DNA of 64,000 bases from Hormiphora californensis (Eukaryota > Animalia > Ctenophora). The notes under the pieces were generated by a model, which saw only the letters and a program-made list of their open reading frames with translations, was not told the origin of the DNA and searched no databases. The DNA is taken from assembly GCA_020137815.1 (NCBI GenBank), contig CM035356.1, forward strand, positions 6,076,001 to 6,140,000. The letters are read 5' to 3'. The position numbers and the translations under genes were made by a program. Shown one piece after another: positions 1 through 12,773 of the stretch. How positions within the stretch are numbered: the first letter of the stretch is position 1; the number at the start of each line of letters is the position of its first letter.

Positions 1-1766
1 TCAGACAAGACGTGTGGGAAGGGTGGGGCGGGCCTTGATTGGCCAATTAAATGATGTTTAAGGGGTGAGTGGCCCCCCATGTAGCTAGCCAGATCGAAAA
101 TAAATGCTAGGACCAAGTTCGAAAGACAGGGGTCTACCGAGACCAAGGTCGATTGACAAGAGCTAAACAATAAACGATCGATGTTGGTCCCTCCCTCGAT
201 TTGGGCTGGGATTTGGCCGTCTGTTGCTAAATGCTAAGAGCCCCTATGGGTTTATTCTGTAACATGATGTTCGGAACTAAGTTTTTCACAACCTTGTGAG
301 TTAGACTTAGAGGCTTCACACTTGTTGAGTTACTCAACAACTTCACGCATCAGTTTTCATGATATGTGCTGTGCTCTTGCACTCTCTCAATAAGAATGCA
401 AGAGGCCAATGACCATGAGAACTGCCACGTGAAGTAGTGAAAAAAGTTCGAGGTGAAAATTCCAATTTAATTTTTACGGATTAAATAATGAAATTGAGAG
501 TCGAAAAGAACGTTTTTCCGCTTCACCCGTCTCCAAACAAACCCCCCCCCCCGTCTGGCTTTTTCAATGACCAACTCACTTTACTGTGGCTGGGTTGGGA
601 AAAAAGGGATTACTGAAATTTTTTGGGAAAAAAGGGATTTTAAGACATTTTCTGGGAAAAATGGTAAGAAGGATGCAGACACAAAGCACCCCAAACCTGG
701 ATAGATTTGAAAAATTGAGGGAATTTGGAACCGGGGGGTAGGGTTGAAATGGGGAAAAGGGGAGCTGGGAGGGGTATGGGGGTTTTAAAAAGGGCAAAAC
801 ACGGGAGGGTGTTCCTCTTTCCCCCCCCAAAAACGTTTTCCCCATTACACCCCGAAATTTTTTAAATCTGCAATTCTATATCGTGAGATGGGGGGGAAGA
901 AACCAATGTTTAGTGTAGTTTTTTCAGCTCCCCAACTTTATAACCCCTTTTGTAATTCATACACTCTTCCTATCTTTGTTTTTTCCCTAACAGAGCTTAG
1001 AACACCTAAAATTAGATCCCTTTAAATTTCCCATTCTCCAAACCTTTCCCCGCGTCCCCTTCTGAGGACCGGTTTGGGGGTAACCAGGGTTAACGCTTCC
1101 CCTTAAGCTGTGCCCCATCCAAAAGGCCCAGCCCTTGGAAATCTTCCAACCCCCACCCAAAACCCCTTCCCCCGACGCCTCCCCTTTTAAACCCCCCATT
1201 TTGCGTGACTCCCCTTTCTTCTGCGCTCCCTCCATTCTTTCCCCTTCCTCACTTATCCCTCATCTCTCCTCCTTTTCCTCTACCTTCCCCTTCTTCTTTC
1301 CCTCTTCCCCTGGTCTCCGGACTGTCCTTCCATTAGTCAACATTGGCGGCCTCCACCTCAGTCGATGCGGATTGGGATTATTTTGGAGAAATTACCTTTA
1401 AAAACCATAAATTGGATTAGATTTCAACCGAAGGGGCATTCTGGGAAGATTTAAAAGTCTAAGTTTCTCCCCTGCTTACTAATTCTGCATTGACTGAGAG
1501 TCTCTCACTCTCTCTCCTCTCTCTCTATCTCTCTATCTCTCTCTCTCTCTCTCTCTCTTCTCTCTGCTCTCTCTCGCTCTCTCTCTCTCCACTCATCGAC
1601 CCTCCTTCCGAGTGAGCTTCTCACTCATGTTGGTCAGGGCTCTTCCTATCTCTTGTCGGTGCCCTGACTGCAGGTCTATTTTCTACGCTTGACTTATCTC
1701 AGTCCTACTAAAGGTCAAAACATCAGCCTAAAATGGTAGGGAAATTCAATTTATCCACTGAATCAG

Positions 1767-1995
1767 GAGATGTAGGGCTATTTCCTGAGACACAAGTAAA
1801 CAACCAATCAGAGCTCGTTATTTAGGTCACGTGACTGGTTATCAGCCAATCAGGGACCAGTATTTCCTGGTCGGAGATGTAGGGCTATTTCCTGAGACAC
1901 AAGTAAACAACCAATCAGAGCTCGTTATTTAGGTCACGTGACTGGTTATCAGCCAATCAGGGACCAGTATTTCATGTAGGGCTATTTCCTGAGAC
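1767..1995. repeat. Local tandem duplication containing two truncated copies of the hAT MITE seen intact at 53735-53843
   Basis: The unit ggagatgtagggctatttcctgagac + acaagtaaacaaccaatcag...cagggaccagtatttc occurs twice, plus a third partial unit; the core matches 53750-53826. Confidence 0.8.
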
Positions 1996-2100
1996 TCACG
2001 CCGGTAAGTTGAATCATATGGTTCGTGTTATGAGATTATAGGGGACCTTCCTTAACATTCTATCTCACCTCACCAGCCTACTAAAGTCTCTTGTCCTATA

Positions 2101-2196
<96 letters not shown>

Positions 2197-2209
2197 CTCT
2201 CTCTCTCAG

Positions 2210-2290
2210 CTGATTGCGGATGCCTCTTTTTTGTGCAGCCAACTGTCAACTTTCATTAGGGACCCGGCTGACTGGAAAATTCCGGTATAA
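2210..2290 (+). CDS. Probable last coding exon of an unidentified gene starting upstream (LIADASFLCSQLSTFIRDPADWKIPV*)
   Basis: Long (CT)n tract plus cag acceptor at 2209, then an open frame to TAA at 2288-2290. Candidate upstream exons near 1674-1735 and 1980-2003 could not be joined with certainty. Confidence 0.35.
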   Translation: MIADASFLCSQLSTFIRDPADWKIPV

Positions 2291-2786
2291 GTTGTCCAAA
2301 TGACAGTTAAACATCCCTCTATCTCAGTTTTCTCTCTTCTTTTCTCTTTTCTAACTCTCTCACTATCCTCTCTCATTCGGATAGACAGAGTGAGGAGACA
2401 AGAGCTGTTATTGAATTAGCGAGCTAAGAGGGTAAAACTCACACTAAACACAGTGGGGGAGACTGCCCCCTCCCGCACCTACAATTCATTATGACATTTG
2501 CAGTTTTATACCCCCCCTCTCTCCCTCTCTCTCCTCCCCCTCTATCTCTACCTCTATCTCTACCTCTCACCCAAACAGGATTTCCGTGCAAAATAAAATG
2601 GGCTGTTTAAGGGCCTGATTAATTTAATATGGACGTATTTACAGAAAATAACGTTGTCATATAAACATACATTCACCACTCTCACTCTTTAATAAAAATG
2701 TCAAATAAAATACCAGGGGGTCTTTCACGAACACTTCGGTCCTAACTTTTCTGGGACCAATATTGCACTAGGACTTTTTTGAAATG

Positions 2787-3491
2787 CAGGGGCGTCGACA
2801 CGGGTTCGGGCCAGGTATGGCAGCTGGTGCGAAGCACCGGTATATGTGGCATACAAATATGCGACCGGAGCGCCCAAAGGGCGCGTAGGGAGCCCCGGCA
2901 GGGGGTTTGGGGGGCGCAGCCCCCAACCGGGGTCCAGGGGCGGGAGCCTCTGGTGGGGGTCTAGGGGGCGAAGCCCCCGGAATTTTTTTTAGTTTAAGCA
3001 AGCATTTTAAAGCATTTTCCCAATAACTAATTGTAATATTTTGAACAATCTTTACCTGTATTTTAGACTGATAATACAAGCGAACTTATACCATAGCAGT
3101 ATTTATCTCCCTTTTCTCTTTTCTCTTTTTGGGAAGCCCCCCAACCGGGGTCCAGGAGGCGAGAGCCTCTGGATCAGAGTCTGACGGGGTCTAGGGGGCG
3201 AATATTTTGAACAATCTTTACCTGTATTTTAGACTGATAATACAAGCGAACTTATACCATAGCAGTATTTATCTCCTTTTTCTCTTTTCTCTTTTTGGGA
3301 AGCCCCCCAACCGGGGTCCAGGAGGCGAGAGCCTCTGGATCAGAGTCTGACGGGGTCTAGGGGGCGAAGCCCCCGGAAAATTTTTTTGTTTAAGAAAGCA
3401 TTTTAAAGCATTTTCCCAAGAAATTCACCTTTGCCTGGAAATTCCAGGTATGGCGGCCGCCATACCTGCCATACCCGTGTCGACGCCCCTG
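2787..3491. mobile_element. hAT-like MITE with 5-bp TSD, nested in the Harbinger-like element
   Basis: TIR CAGGGGCGTCGACACGGGT...ACCCGTGTCGACGCCCCTG; AAATG on both sides; internal ~160-bp direct duplication (3040-3200 / 3201-3370). Confidence 0.8.
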
Positions 3492-3771
3492 AAATGGCTT
3501 TCACGAACAGAAGTTGGGGGTAGGCGGGGAGGGTAATTACCCCAATGCTCTCTATTTTGGCTTTCACGAAACTGAAGTTAGGACCGTAACTCACGTAGTC
3601 CTAAAGTCGCACGTGACCCATGTGAGTGTTGAAAACCAATAGGTAAACAAACACGTGATCACCAATAGCCATTTATGATTCAGATAGACTGACACGAGTA
3701 TAAACATGATCACGTGACATTCGCAACAGAAGGGTGCAGGTGGAATTTCCAGTCAAGTTGGTGTATGAATA

Positions 3772-4700
3772 GTATTCATATATTAGGTCATCCAATATTG
3801 ATCTGGACTGGGTTATTATGAGAGAACGGTATCAGATAGAGCCAAGCGGCCGGTTCCAGCGTCTTTCTCGGATATTTTTGGGTTGTACTAGCATGGTGGG
3901 AGCCTTCAAATGCCTGCTCTATGGTCTCACAGGCAATGAGTTTAGGCATTACTCTAGTTGCCGCTTTACGCCATTTTTCAACTCAATTTTGGACCAATTA
4001 GACCTACTTCCGGATAATTTGGACGGTTCTTAACCCTATACGTGTCTTATCAAATGGCTTGAGGTATTCCATGAACCTTCCTGAAATTTTTGGATAAAAT
4101 TTCTAGCACTTGGAAGTGATTTTCGCAAGGTTTGGATAAGCTGAATTTTTAAAATTTTTACTCATATTGAAAAAAGCCGCCATGAGCTAAGTATCCATTG
4201 ATTGATCGTAATAAAACTCACATTGGACCTAGAAAATTGTACTAGCTAACATTTAACGTTCGATTCATGTCATTTAGACGTCTAAAACGTACAAAAACGG
4301 GCATTAAGTGCGTAAGACGAAATTTTGGCAAAAAGCCAATTTTTGAGAGTGAAGATGGAATGTAAAAGCTTCAATTATGGTTGCATCGTGTTCGGGCTTT
4401 AAAATTGATCTAGGAACAACGGTCAAACCGATCATCTGTCCCCAATAGACAAAATGCCATGACATATTCAATCTTCCATAGTGCCACAGTTTATTCTTGC
4501 GTAAAGCGGCAACTGGAGTAATGCCTAAACTCATTGCCTGTGAGACCATAGAGCAGGCATGTGAAGGCTGCCACCATGCTAATCCAACCCAAAAATATCC
4601 AAGGAAGACGCTAAAACCAACAGCTTGACTCTATCTGATACTGTTCTCTCACAATAACCAAGTCCAGATCAATATTGGATGACCTAATATCAATGAATAC
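3772..4700. mobile_element. MITE with ~200-bp imperfect terminal inverted repeats, nested in the Harbinger-like element
   Basis: 3772-3971 is the reverse complement of 4499-4700 (e.g. tattaggtcatccaatattgatctggact / agtccagatcaatattggatgacctaata); TSD not clear. Confidence 0.75.
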
Positions 4701-5330
4701 ATCAGTATTCTCTCTATCTCTCTCTCACCCTCTCTCCCTGTTCATCTCTCTTTCTCTCTCACTCTCTCCCTCCATATCTCACTCTCTGTATCTCCGGCCT
4801 CTCTCTCTCTACCTCTCTTTTTCTATCTTTATCTCACCCTCTCTGTCTCACCCTCTCTGTCTGTTCATCTCTCTTTCTCTCTCACTCTCTCTCTCTCTCT
4901 CTAGGGAGAGTTAGGACCAAAATCCTAGTGGTTGGGACCGGAGTTGGGACCGAAAATTAGAGAGTTGGGATCTTTTTTGATAGTTAGGACCGCGGGAAAG
5001 GTAGTCACGTGGGGCATCACGCAATTAAAGTGTCGAATTACACAGCTGGGACCGGAGTTAGGACCGAAAGTTGGGACCGGTCCTAACTCTCTAAAAACGG
5101 TCCTAACTTTGGCCGTTCGTGAAAGCCACATTGCAAATTTTGGTCCTAACTACGCTGGGACCGGTCCTAACTTCGGTCCTAATTGTTTCGTGAAAGACCC
5201 CCAGATTAACTTCCTCGTTCTGTCACTAATATAAAAATTGTAACTCCTCAATGCGATCTAACAGCAATGTGTCATGAGAAATATATGTTTGGTAGAGTTA
5301 AAATAATAAGTCCATGCTCTGATCCAACAC

Positions 5331-7166
5331 TTATTTCAACTCTCCAATAATGTTTGAAATGTCCACTAGTTTTTGTAGCTTCACAAAGTTTCCGTCCGAT
5401 TCCTTCAATTCAGATTGGTGAACCATTCTTATCCTCTCAATCTCTTCGTTGTGCGCCTGAAGGTCAGACATTTAGTAGGATTCAATCCAGGTAGTGATCA
5501 AAACCCAAAACAATACCAATTACCACACATTACAACACAAGGAATTCACCATTTACCTCTCTGATAGTTTTAATGGCGTCTGTGAACTCTCTGGCCATAT
5601 CCTGGCACTGCTCTCTGCTGGATTTCAGCTCTTCTGAGTGCCTCTCTCTGTCGCTTTGGATCGTCTCTTGCAACTCTCTAGAAGAAAATGGAGGGGGGGT
5701 TAAAAATCGAAATGTTTAATTTAGATGCATTGTACTTCATATAACATGTAATGAAGTGTTTTGAAGCCCGGTGCGGTGAAACAGGGCCGATTAGGGCAAA
5801 GTTCAATTTCAATTTCATGCCGCTGAAGCCCGTTTCCTGAGTCTGGATCAGAATCATGGGAACATTTTGCCGCGCGCGCGGTTGGCATGTGCAACGGTTG
5901 GGCGCGCGCCAAGTACACTGTACAAAACTGGTTCGGAGGTCGCGCCATCCGCTAAAAAGTAATCAAGTGATAATTTGAAATTCGTGACCGTGCCTTCCAT
6001 GCAAGTTGCAACTGTGCATGTAGTTTTTAATACATCAGAACAGAAAATGAAGATGACAATATTTCTAACAACTAAACCTGCAGATAACCTTGAGTTCCTT
6101 TTCAGTTTCAGCAACCTGCTTCCTCACCAGCAGTTCCTGAAACACAGGGGATTGTAGTCACTATCTCTATTCTCCGTCATTATTAAACTGATAATAATTG
6201 GATAAACTAGACTAACTTAAAATTAGCCATGATCAATATTATGGGAGCGGTTGCCATGGGCGTGAACCCCTTTGGTGCACCTGTTTGAGTGTCGAAGATT
6301 CAGTTGTCAAACTCGCAATTTGATCTTTTAGCTGCTGAATTTGTGCTTCTGAGTTTTCACATTTCTCACTCAGTTCCTCCCCCTTTTTGAGGCTCTTATA
6401 GTAGTCCTCCTGTAGTCGCACATAACTCTCCTTCGCTATTCTATCAGAAACACTGAGGGGAGGAGGAGTCAGGAACAAATAAAACCTATTAATCATTGAA
6501 CCATAGGGGTCACCCCTCCACATGTCTCCACCGCGGACACAGCTGTTCCAGATAATTATTGAACCGTTCCAAAACACAAAATTTAACAAGACACATAGTT
6601 AGAAACAGTTCGAATACTCTATGAGTCACGTACGCTATGTTATATTTTTCCTTGTATTCCTCGTACCGTTCTCTCAGCTCTCTGTTCTCTTCCAAAACAG
6701 AATCCCTGGAATATGTTGGTTAGTTAGTGGCAGTACAAAGGGGGGGGGGGAGAGGGGGTGGATAGTTAGTGGCAGTACAACTGACTGCATTATAAAGTAC
6801 CATTTCTAATAATAAATCTCACATATATTGCACTGCATATTCATACTTTTCAAATCCATAGTATGAGACAGAGTTATACCCACATTCTCTCTCCTAACCT
6901 GGTGGGGGTCCCCGGAGTACTAATCTGACGAGGGTTAGGAGTGAAGGCCCCATGGGTCGCAAAGGCATCATATGCGTCTTGTTTTGGTTGTAGCACGGTT
7001 AGGGGTGGTCGAGGTACCAACATGGGAGAGGGAGGGGCTGCAGGGGTTGTTGTAGTAGTTGGTGATTGGGGGACGTGCTCGTATCTTGGAGGGGAGTGGG
7101 GTTAGAGAGAGAGATAGACACACACAGAAAGACAAACAGACGGACAAACAGACAGACAAACAGGCG

Positions 7167-7197
<31 letters not shown>

Positions 7198-7217
7198 TGG
7201 CAGATAGACAGACAGAA

Positions 7218-7258
<41 letters not shown>

Positions 7259-8338
7259 GTCAGACACACACACAAACAGACAGACAGACAGACAGCTGAC
7301 AGACAGACAGCTGTAGACACACTAATTGGTTCCTGCAGCTGCCATACTCATCCTACCTAACATCACTAGCCTGCACGCCCTCCCCTCGATAATTTGTTAG
7401 TAATGCAGCCTGGTCAGTAGTATGGTATTGAATTGCCAGCCGCCTATCTCTCTCCGTCACAGGTGTTTTATCTGAAATTGTAACGGTGTCACATATTCTT
7501 CATACAACTCACTGCAAAATATAATATTTATCTGATAAGAGCGGTTGCCATGGGCGTGAACTTATGAAATACATGGCACACAAAGGAGTGGGATCTCCCC
7601 CCCCCCAAGTCAAGTACACCGGGGGCGATCAAATAGGAATATTGTGAGAATAGAAGGGAGATGATTATGATTATGGTATCTCGCTATGCCGTCTCAACTC
7701 TCACTTTATCTCCCTTCAAAATGTTATGTTATGGTATCTCGCTGTGCCGTCTTACTGTTACAATGGTACAGTACGGAGTACCTCCCCCTGATAGCGTGAC
7801 TAAACACTAACCAAGCATATTGAGTAAAGGCAGGGAGTGAACTAGAAGTAATCTGTACTCAGTACTCATAACAGATACAGGATTTAGTCGGATATCAATC
7901 TCTTGTAGGAGGGAATTCTTGGCTAATCTTTCCAATTCTGATATTGAACTGATATTGTTGTAGTACACGTTGAGTGACTCTAAACTCTGGAGAGAGGGAA
8001 TTAATTTTATTGAATATTACAGCCCTTAATATAAAGATTTGATGACTGAGAGACTCGGGAGAAACTCTTTGAGCTATTAAATAGTAGCCCAGCGTTTATC
8101 AGTGGCAAGACGAATGCAAGGGTAAATGTAACGACTAAACGAAGTGTTCAACATTAACTAACTATTGATCAAATCAACCAACTCTGTACCTTACAGAACT
8201 GAAGTCCATCTAGAGATGATATGTTGTTGCGAGACAGATCTAGGTGACAGAGACTTAGGAAGGAAACAAGGGAGGATGGGGCAAAGGATGATATTTTCTG
8301 TCTGATGTTTCCCTGGAGTCCCAACCTCTCAACCGTAC
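5331..8338 (-). CDS. CEP72: CEP72/LRRC36-like protein: N-terminal LRRs plus LRR cap, C-terminal coiled coil (multi-exon; first exon unresolved, candidate ATGs at 8391 or 8526)
   Basis: Exons 8190-8338 ([13 protein letters not shown]...[21 protein letters not shown]), 7812-7986 ([21 protein letters not shown]...[29 protein letters not shown]) and 7357-7471 ([13 protein letters not shown]) follow the CEP72 N-terminus motif by motif. Coiled-coil exons lie at ~6594-6705, ~6281-6448, 5557-5677 and 5331-5456 (stop TAA). Confidence 0.75.
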
Positions 8339-8426
8339 CTGAGAGAGAGAGGGGTAAATTTAGTTTTTGTAACACCGTATCCATAATCCATATTGTATTG
8401 GTTTCTCTCAAAATGTGATTTATATA

Positions 8427-8656
8427 TCACAGGGGTAGGTAAATAAGGGAAAGATAAGGAGGATTTAAAATAGTTTTTCTTCAATTTTTCATCGAAAATT
8501 GTCAATGAGTAAAAGCTTCTAAGCATAATATTACTGGGTCACGTGATGGTGCTGATTGCGACTCATCGCCCAAAAGTATACCCAAAACTCTAAGAGCTGA
8601 CCCCCTGTAACATAATACGCGATAAGACTGAATCAAACACACCCACACTTTTCAAT
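8427..8656. promoter_or_regulatory. Probable compact bidirectional promoter between CEP72-like and receptor 1; duplicated at ~12566-12773 in front of receptor 2
   Basis: Head-to-head genes within ~300 bp; GGTCACGTGA E-box-like element at ~8538; near-identical copy upstream of receptor 2. Confidence 0.45.
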
Positions 8657-10319
8657 ATGCGTCTACTCATCTTGTTGCTTCTCTTGCTCCTTCAGGTAGG
8701 AACGATCATTTAAAATGTAAATTAATGGCGTTAAGTTTGTATTATTTAGTTGCATTTTACCGTTCCTAAAGTCACTTCTCTCTCTCTCTCTCCAGATCCT
8801 TTACGTTGATGCAAGTGGGACAGTTGAGATAAAGTTTCTAAAGTATAGTAATCCTGATTGTGATGATCCAAGTGGTTGTGACTTTTACTTCAAATACTTT
8901 CAAATCAGCATCGATGGAACCCCACGGGTCAATAAAGATAAAATAACTCTTCCAGCTAACACAAACGTTGTGGATTTAACAACTGTTTCGTACTTCAGTG
9001 GCGTTTTTTCGTTAAACTTCCCAGCAGACGCAACAGTTCATATGAGCTGGGAAGTTTGGGAATATGATGATACTTCCGGGGATGATAAAATCCAAGATAT
9101 TGATATTTCTATCCCTCTCTCAAACAAACAAGTCACTTCGAGTTTGAAGTCTAAAATATATTCTGGAAAAACAAAAGAAGGCAATACAGCTGTTCTGTCA
9201 TTGGAATTCCGGATATCAGAATGTGATCCACACTTTCAAGGGAAGGGATGTGCAAATTGTTGGAAACAGTGGAAAGGTAACAACTGTGATGTATGCAGAG
9301 GAAACTGGAAGGAACTGGATGATTGTCGTACCTGTGATACTGGATGGGACATTTTGACTAACTGTACAAGCTGTGCTGACAGCTATTATCCAGCTGGAAA
9401 CTGCTCTGTACTCTGCATCCCGACTCCTGGAATGTCGACCTGTGATGACCAGGGGATGTTGATCTGTGGGCCCCATGTGAAACCTGAAAACACCTGTGAC
9501 ACCTGTGAAACAGGCTGGGACGTCAAATCTCACTGTGAAACCTGTGCCCCCGATTTCTACCCGGCAGGGAATTGCTCTGTGAGCTGTACTGCTACTCCAG
9601 GAAGATCAACATGCGATAAAAACGGTACCTTGGTGTGTGATACCCCATTCTCTGGTCCCAATTGTGGCAAGTGTGCCACCCACTACTATGGTACCTCCTG
9701 TGCAACGTTCTGCATGGACTCTGAGAGGTTCACATGCGATGGGAATGGCAGGAAGCAGTGTGCCACAAACTGGTTTGGGAATCACTGTGATAGGAAGTGT
9801 GTTCCTGACAACGACTTTCTGTGCACCAAGGAAGGGGAACGGGTGTGTGTTGAGGGAAGTTCAGCGAAGGAATGTAAGAAAAATGCAGTTCCAGTGGCTG
9901 CTATAGGAGGGGGTGTGGGTGGTGGACTCTTTCTGATCCTGTTCTTTGCGTCGACCTTTGTAGCACTGTTTGTTCTTCGAAAACGAAGACGTGAGGCGAA
10001 TAAAGGAAGCTCCTTAGGGGAGATACAGATGGATGTAGTAGTGTCGAATCATCTGTATGCTGATAATGACGTCACTACAGATGAACCACTGTATGATGAT
10101 AATGACATCACTACAGATGAACCACTGTATGCTGATAATGACGTCACTACAGATGAACCACTGTATGCTGATAATGACGTCACTACAAATGAACCACTGT
10201 ATGCTGATAATGATATAGTAGGGGATATTGGGTGTATTGATCTGTTATATATGCAGACAATGATATTATCACTGCACCAGATGAAGCTGGAAAAGATGAG
10301 ATGCAGTATGCGTGTGTAG
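8657..10319 (+). CDS. DSL-repeat single-pass receptor 1 (signal peptide, MNNL/C2-like domain, ~4 DSL-like units, TM, shortened and frameshifted Tyr-repeat tail); possibly decaying
   Basis: Exon 1 8657-8695 (MRLLILLLLLLLQ, gtagg donor); exon 2 from 8796 (ILYVDASGTVEIKFLKYSN...) is in frame with ORF 8970-10319. An extra AT at ~10250 relative to receptor 2 shifts the frame before the QYACVEFF/IYS motifs. Confidence 0.85.
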
Positions 10320-10391
10320 AGTTTTTTGGTAAAAAACAAAACCGTAGAGACAGTTTTGTTGAAGAAAACGCAGAGGCAACAATTTATAGTA

Positions 10392-10905
10392 TAGTGGGAG
10401 ACCCTAGCGTGGTACACGCAAAAAAATGTGCGCCACACCAATTTCGTTTTTCAAAAAACACGCAAGAAAAAGTTTTTCAAGATCGACTTTTCACGTTTTG
10501 GCTCATAACTCCTGTTCCTGATAAGAAAAAGACTTCAAACCTTCGCCATTCTATGGGGCTTGAAATTCCCTTTCCAACGGTATGCAAACGGTTTCTGTAG
10601 CTCATCAGGAACCGGAGATATGATCAATTATGATAATACCGAAGGAAGCTTACACGGTTATTATCATAAGTGATCATATCTCCGGTTCCTGATGAGCTAC
10701 AGAAACTGTTTGCATACCGTTGGAAAGGGAATTTCAAGCCCCATCCAATGGCGAAGGTTTGAAGTCTTTATCTTATCAGGAACAGAAGTTATGAGCCAAA
10801 ACGTGAAAAGTCGATCTTGAAACACTTTTTCTTGCGTGTTTTTTGAAAAACGAAATCGGTGTGGTGCGCATTTTTTTGCGCGTACCACGCTAGTGTTTCC
10901 CACTA
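10392..10905. mobile_element. Fold-back MITE (near-complete palindrome), TAGT...ACTA termini, 3-bp TSD GTA; Academ-like
   Basis: Arms of ~250 bp are reverse complements. The empty site ATTTATAGTAATTTT is preserved in the paralog at ~15858-15872. Confidence 0.85.
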
Positions 10906-11044
10906 GTAATTTTAATTTATTTGTTTTGATTTTTGTGTGACTTTATTTGGTTTGATCTGATTTCAATTGTGTTAAATTTGTTTTTCCGACTGTGTTTTAA
11001 CTTTATAACGACCTGTTTCAAACCCAGTTCTTCCATGACAGGAA

Positions 11045-11104
11045 ATGGCCGTATACCGGTGCAGTTGGCGGATCCTAATTCTTCTTCTTCTCATTCAATC
11101 AATG
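11045..11104 (+). pseudogene. Orphan duplicate of receptor 3 signal-peptide exon (MAVYRCSWRILILLLLIQSM, gtagg donor) with no second exon of its own
   Basis: Near-identical to 16402-16461; homology to the receptor 3 intron stops at tgcatagaactgt (~11154). Confidence 0.75.
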
Positions 11105-11218
11105 GTAGGAACACAAAAATCTTTTAAATTAAATGATGCATTGCATAGAACTGTGACAAGTGTGCCACCCACTAAGTTATGGCACCTCACAGGGGTAGGT
11201 AAATATGGGAAAGATAAG

Positions 11219-12489
11219 AAGTAAGCCCGCTCGCCCTACGGGCGAATGTCGGGGATGGTCAATGGTCATACAGTAAACTAAGCAAATAGTGTAGTATCAT
11301 TTGAAATTTTTAAAATCAGTAAATTTATCAGGTAAATTAACCACAGCGATTCTTTCGACAGAAAAACCACGGGTCCTCTTTTGCCAGGTCCTGAAGTGTT
11401 TTATAAAGGAGCACATTTGCAAAATACTTTCACGTATTACTGCCATTTCTTATTAGTGCCATTGATACTTTGTTATTACGTGTGTTGACAACATTTTTTC
11501 CCTGCCCGGGTGAATGCCGAAGGCATTCACCCGGATGCCTTTTTACTTTGTAAAAAGGCATAGCAGGGTTAGAATTCGAAAACGACATTTTGGTATACTA
11601 ACTAATCGGTAGAGGGACCATTTTGGTCACACTTTAGTTGCGAGGGGCAACGGTGTATACTCCATTTTTTTTTCAACTGTTCACCCCCCAAAGTCGTGTG
11701 CGGAATTGTTTTGCGCGTCTATCACATGTTAACGTGCACGAGTTGGAGGGTGAACAGTTGAATAAAAATGGACTTTAGCAACAAGAGCCGCGCACACAGT
11801 TACGAGCTGCTCCTTCATAAACCACTTCATTGGCACGTTTTCAGGAAATGTGTGGCGCGCAATGTGGCGGCGTGGCGCGCAATTTAGTGCTACTAAAACA
11901 CAAGGATTTGCTCTATACTGTTTGTGTGATATATAAATGATCGGGATTTTGTGTCCCGCTTGCTGCTACAGCGGATCTGGTCATGATTTCCTTTCTTCAT
12001 AGATTCACATGGCAGCTGTCAGGCCAATGCTCTGACCACAGTTCTCGCGCGAACGAGAATGGGTCAGGCCAATGCTCTGACAGCATGGCAGGGAAATTCA
12101 GCATTATGTAAGAACATAATGCAATTAATCTTGTTTGAATAATAATCACCTCTTTTGTAGGATTCTATCACGTAGTCTATAGGCGTCAGCGCCAGTTTGG
12201 GACATATGGCTCCTCCAAACTCGCTGGCGATTGTGTTGAAGTTGAGTAGTCATGTTCACGAAACGTAGTGAACAGGGGGTGAACAGATCAAATCGAGCAA
12301 ACGATCAATCACACAACCGGCAGAGAGATGAATCAAGGATGCACGTGCAGTTTAAGGCTTAAGCTGGCAGGTTGCCAGGGTCCCTCTAGGGACAACACGT
12401 GCAAAAGGCTATTTCCAGGAATTTTGTGCCATATTTGGTAAAAAAAAACCATCACCCATCATTTCCCTATTTGCTTTAATAATAGTATG
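11219..12489. mobile_element. 1.27-kb non-coding insertion, Helitron/Helentron-like, flanked by a ~110-bp direct repeat
   Basis: Flanks 11102-11218 and 12490-12597 are direct repeats. The element starts with a GC hairpin (tcgccctacgggcga), has an internal hairpin ccgggtgaatgcc-gaa-ggcattcacccgg, and ends gctttaataatagtatgat; no TIR pair. Confidence 0.5.
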
Positions 12490-12773
12490 ATGGTAGGAAC
12501 ACAAAAATCTTAAATGATGCATTGCATAGAACTGTGACAAGTGTGCCACCCACTACTATGGCACCTCACAGGGGTAGGTAAATATGGGAGAGATAAGGAG
12601 GATCGTAAATTGTCATTGAGTAAAAACTTCTGGGTATAATATTATTGGGTCACGCGATAGTGCTGATTGCGACTCATCGCCCAAAAGTACACCCAAAACT
12701 CTAAGAGCTGACCCCCCCCCCATGTAACATTATACGCGATAAGACGGAATCACACACACCCACACTTTTCAAT

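Larger units (their letters stand above)
2717..5201. mobile_element. Non-autonomous PIF/Harbinger-like element hosting two nested MITEs
   Basis: TIR GGGGTCTTTCACGAA...TTCGTGAAAGACCCC, CAG on both flanks (CWG-type 3-bp TSD), and many internal ggtcctaac/gttaggacc subterminal repeats. Confidence 0.75.

Noticed and set aside
540-1401. Short ORFs in homopolymer-rich sequence
   Set aside because: Low-complexity G/C/A/T runs with no recognisable domain; may be degraded repeat or lower-quality consensus.
10301-10903. Mirror-image ORFs 10301-10600 (+) and 10697-10903 (-)
   Set aside because: Artefact of the palindromic MITE; only the first ~30 codons of the + ORF are the out-of-frame ancestral receptor tail.
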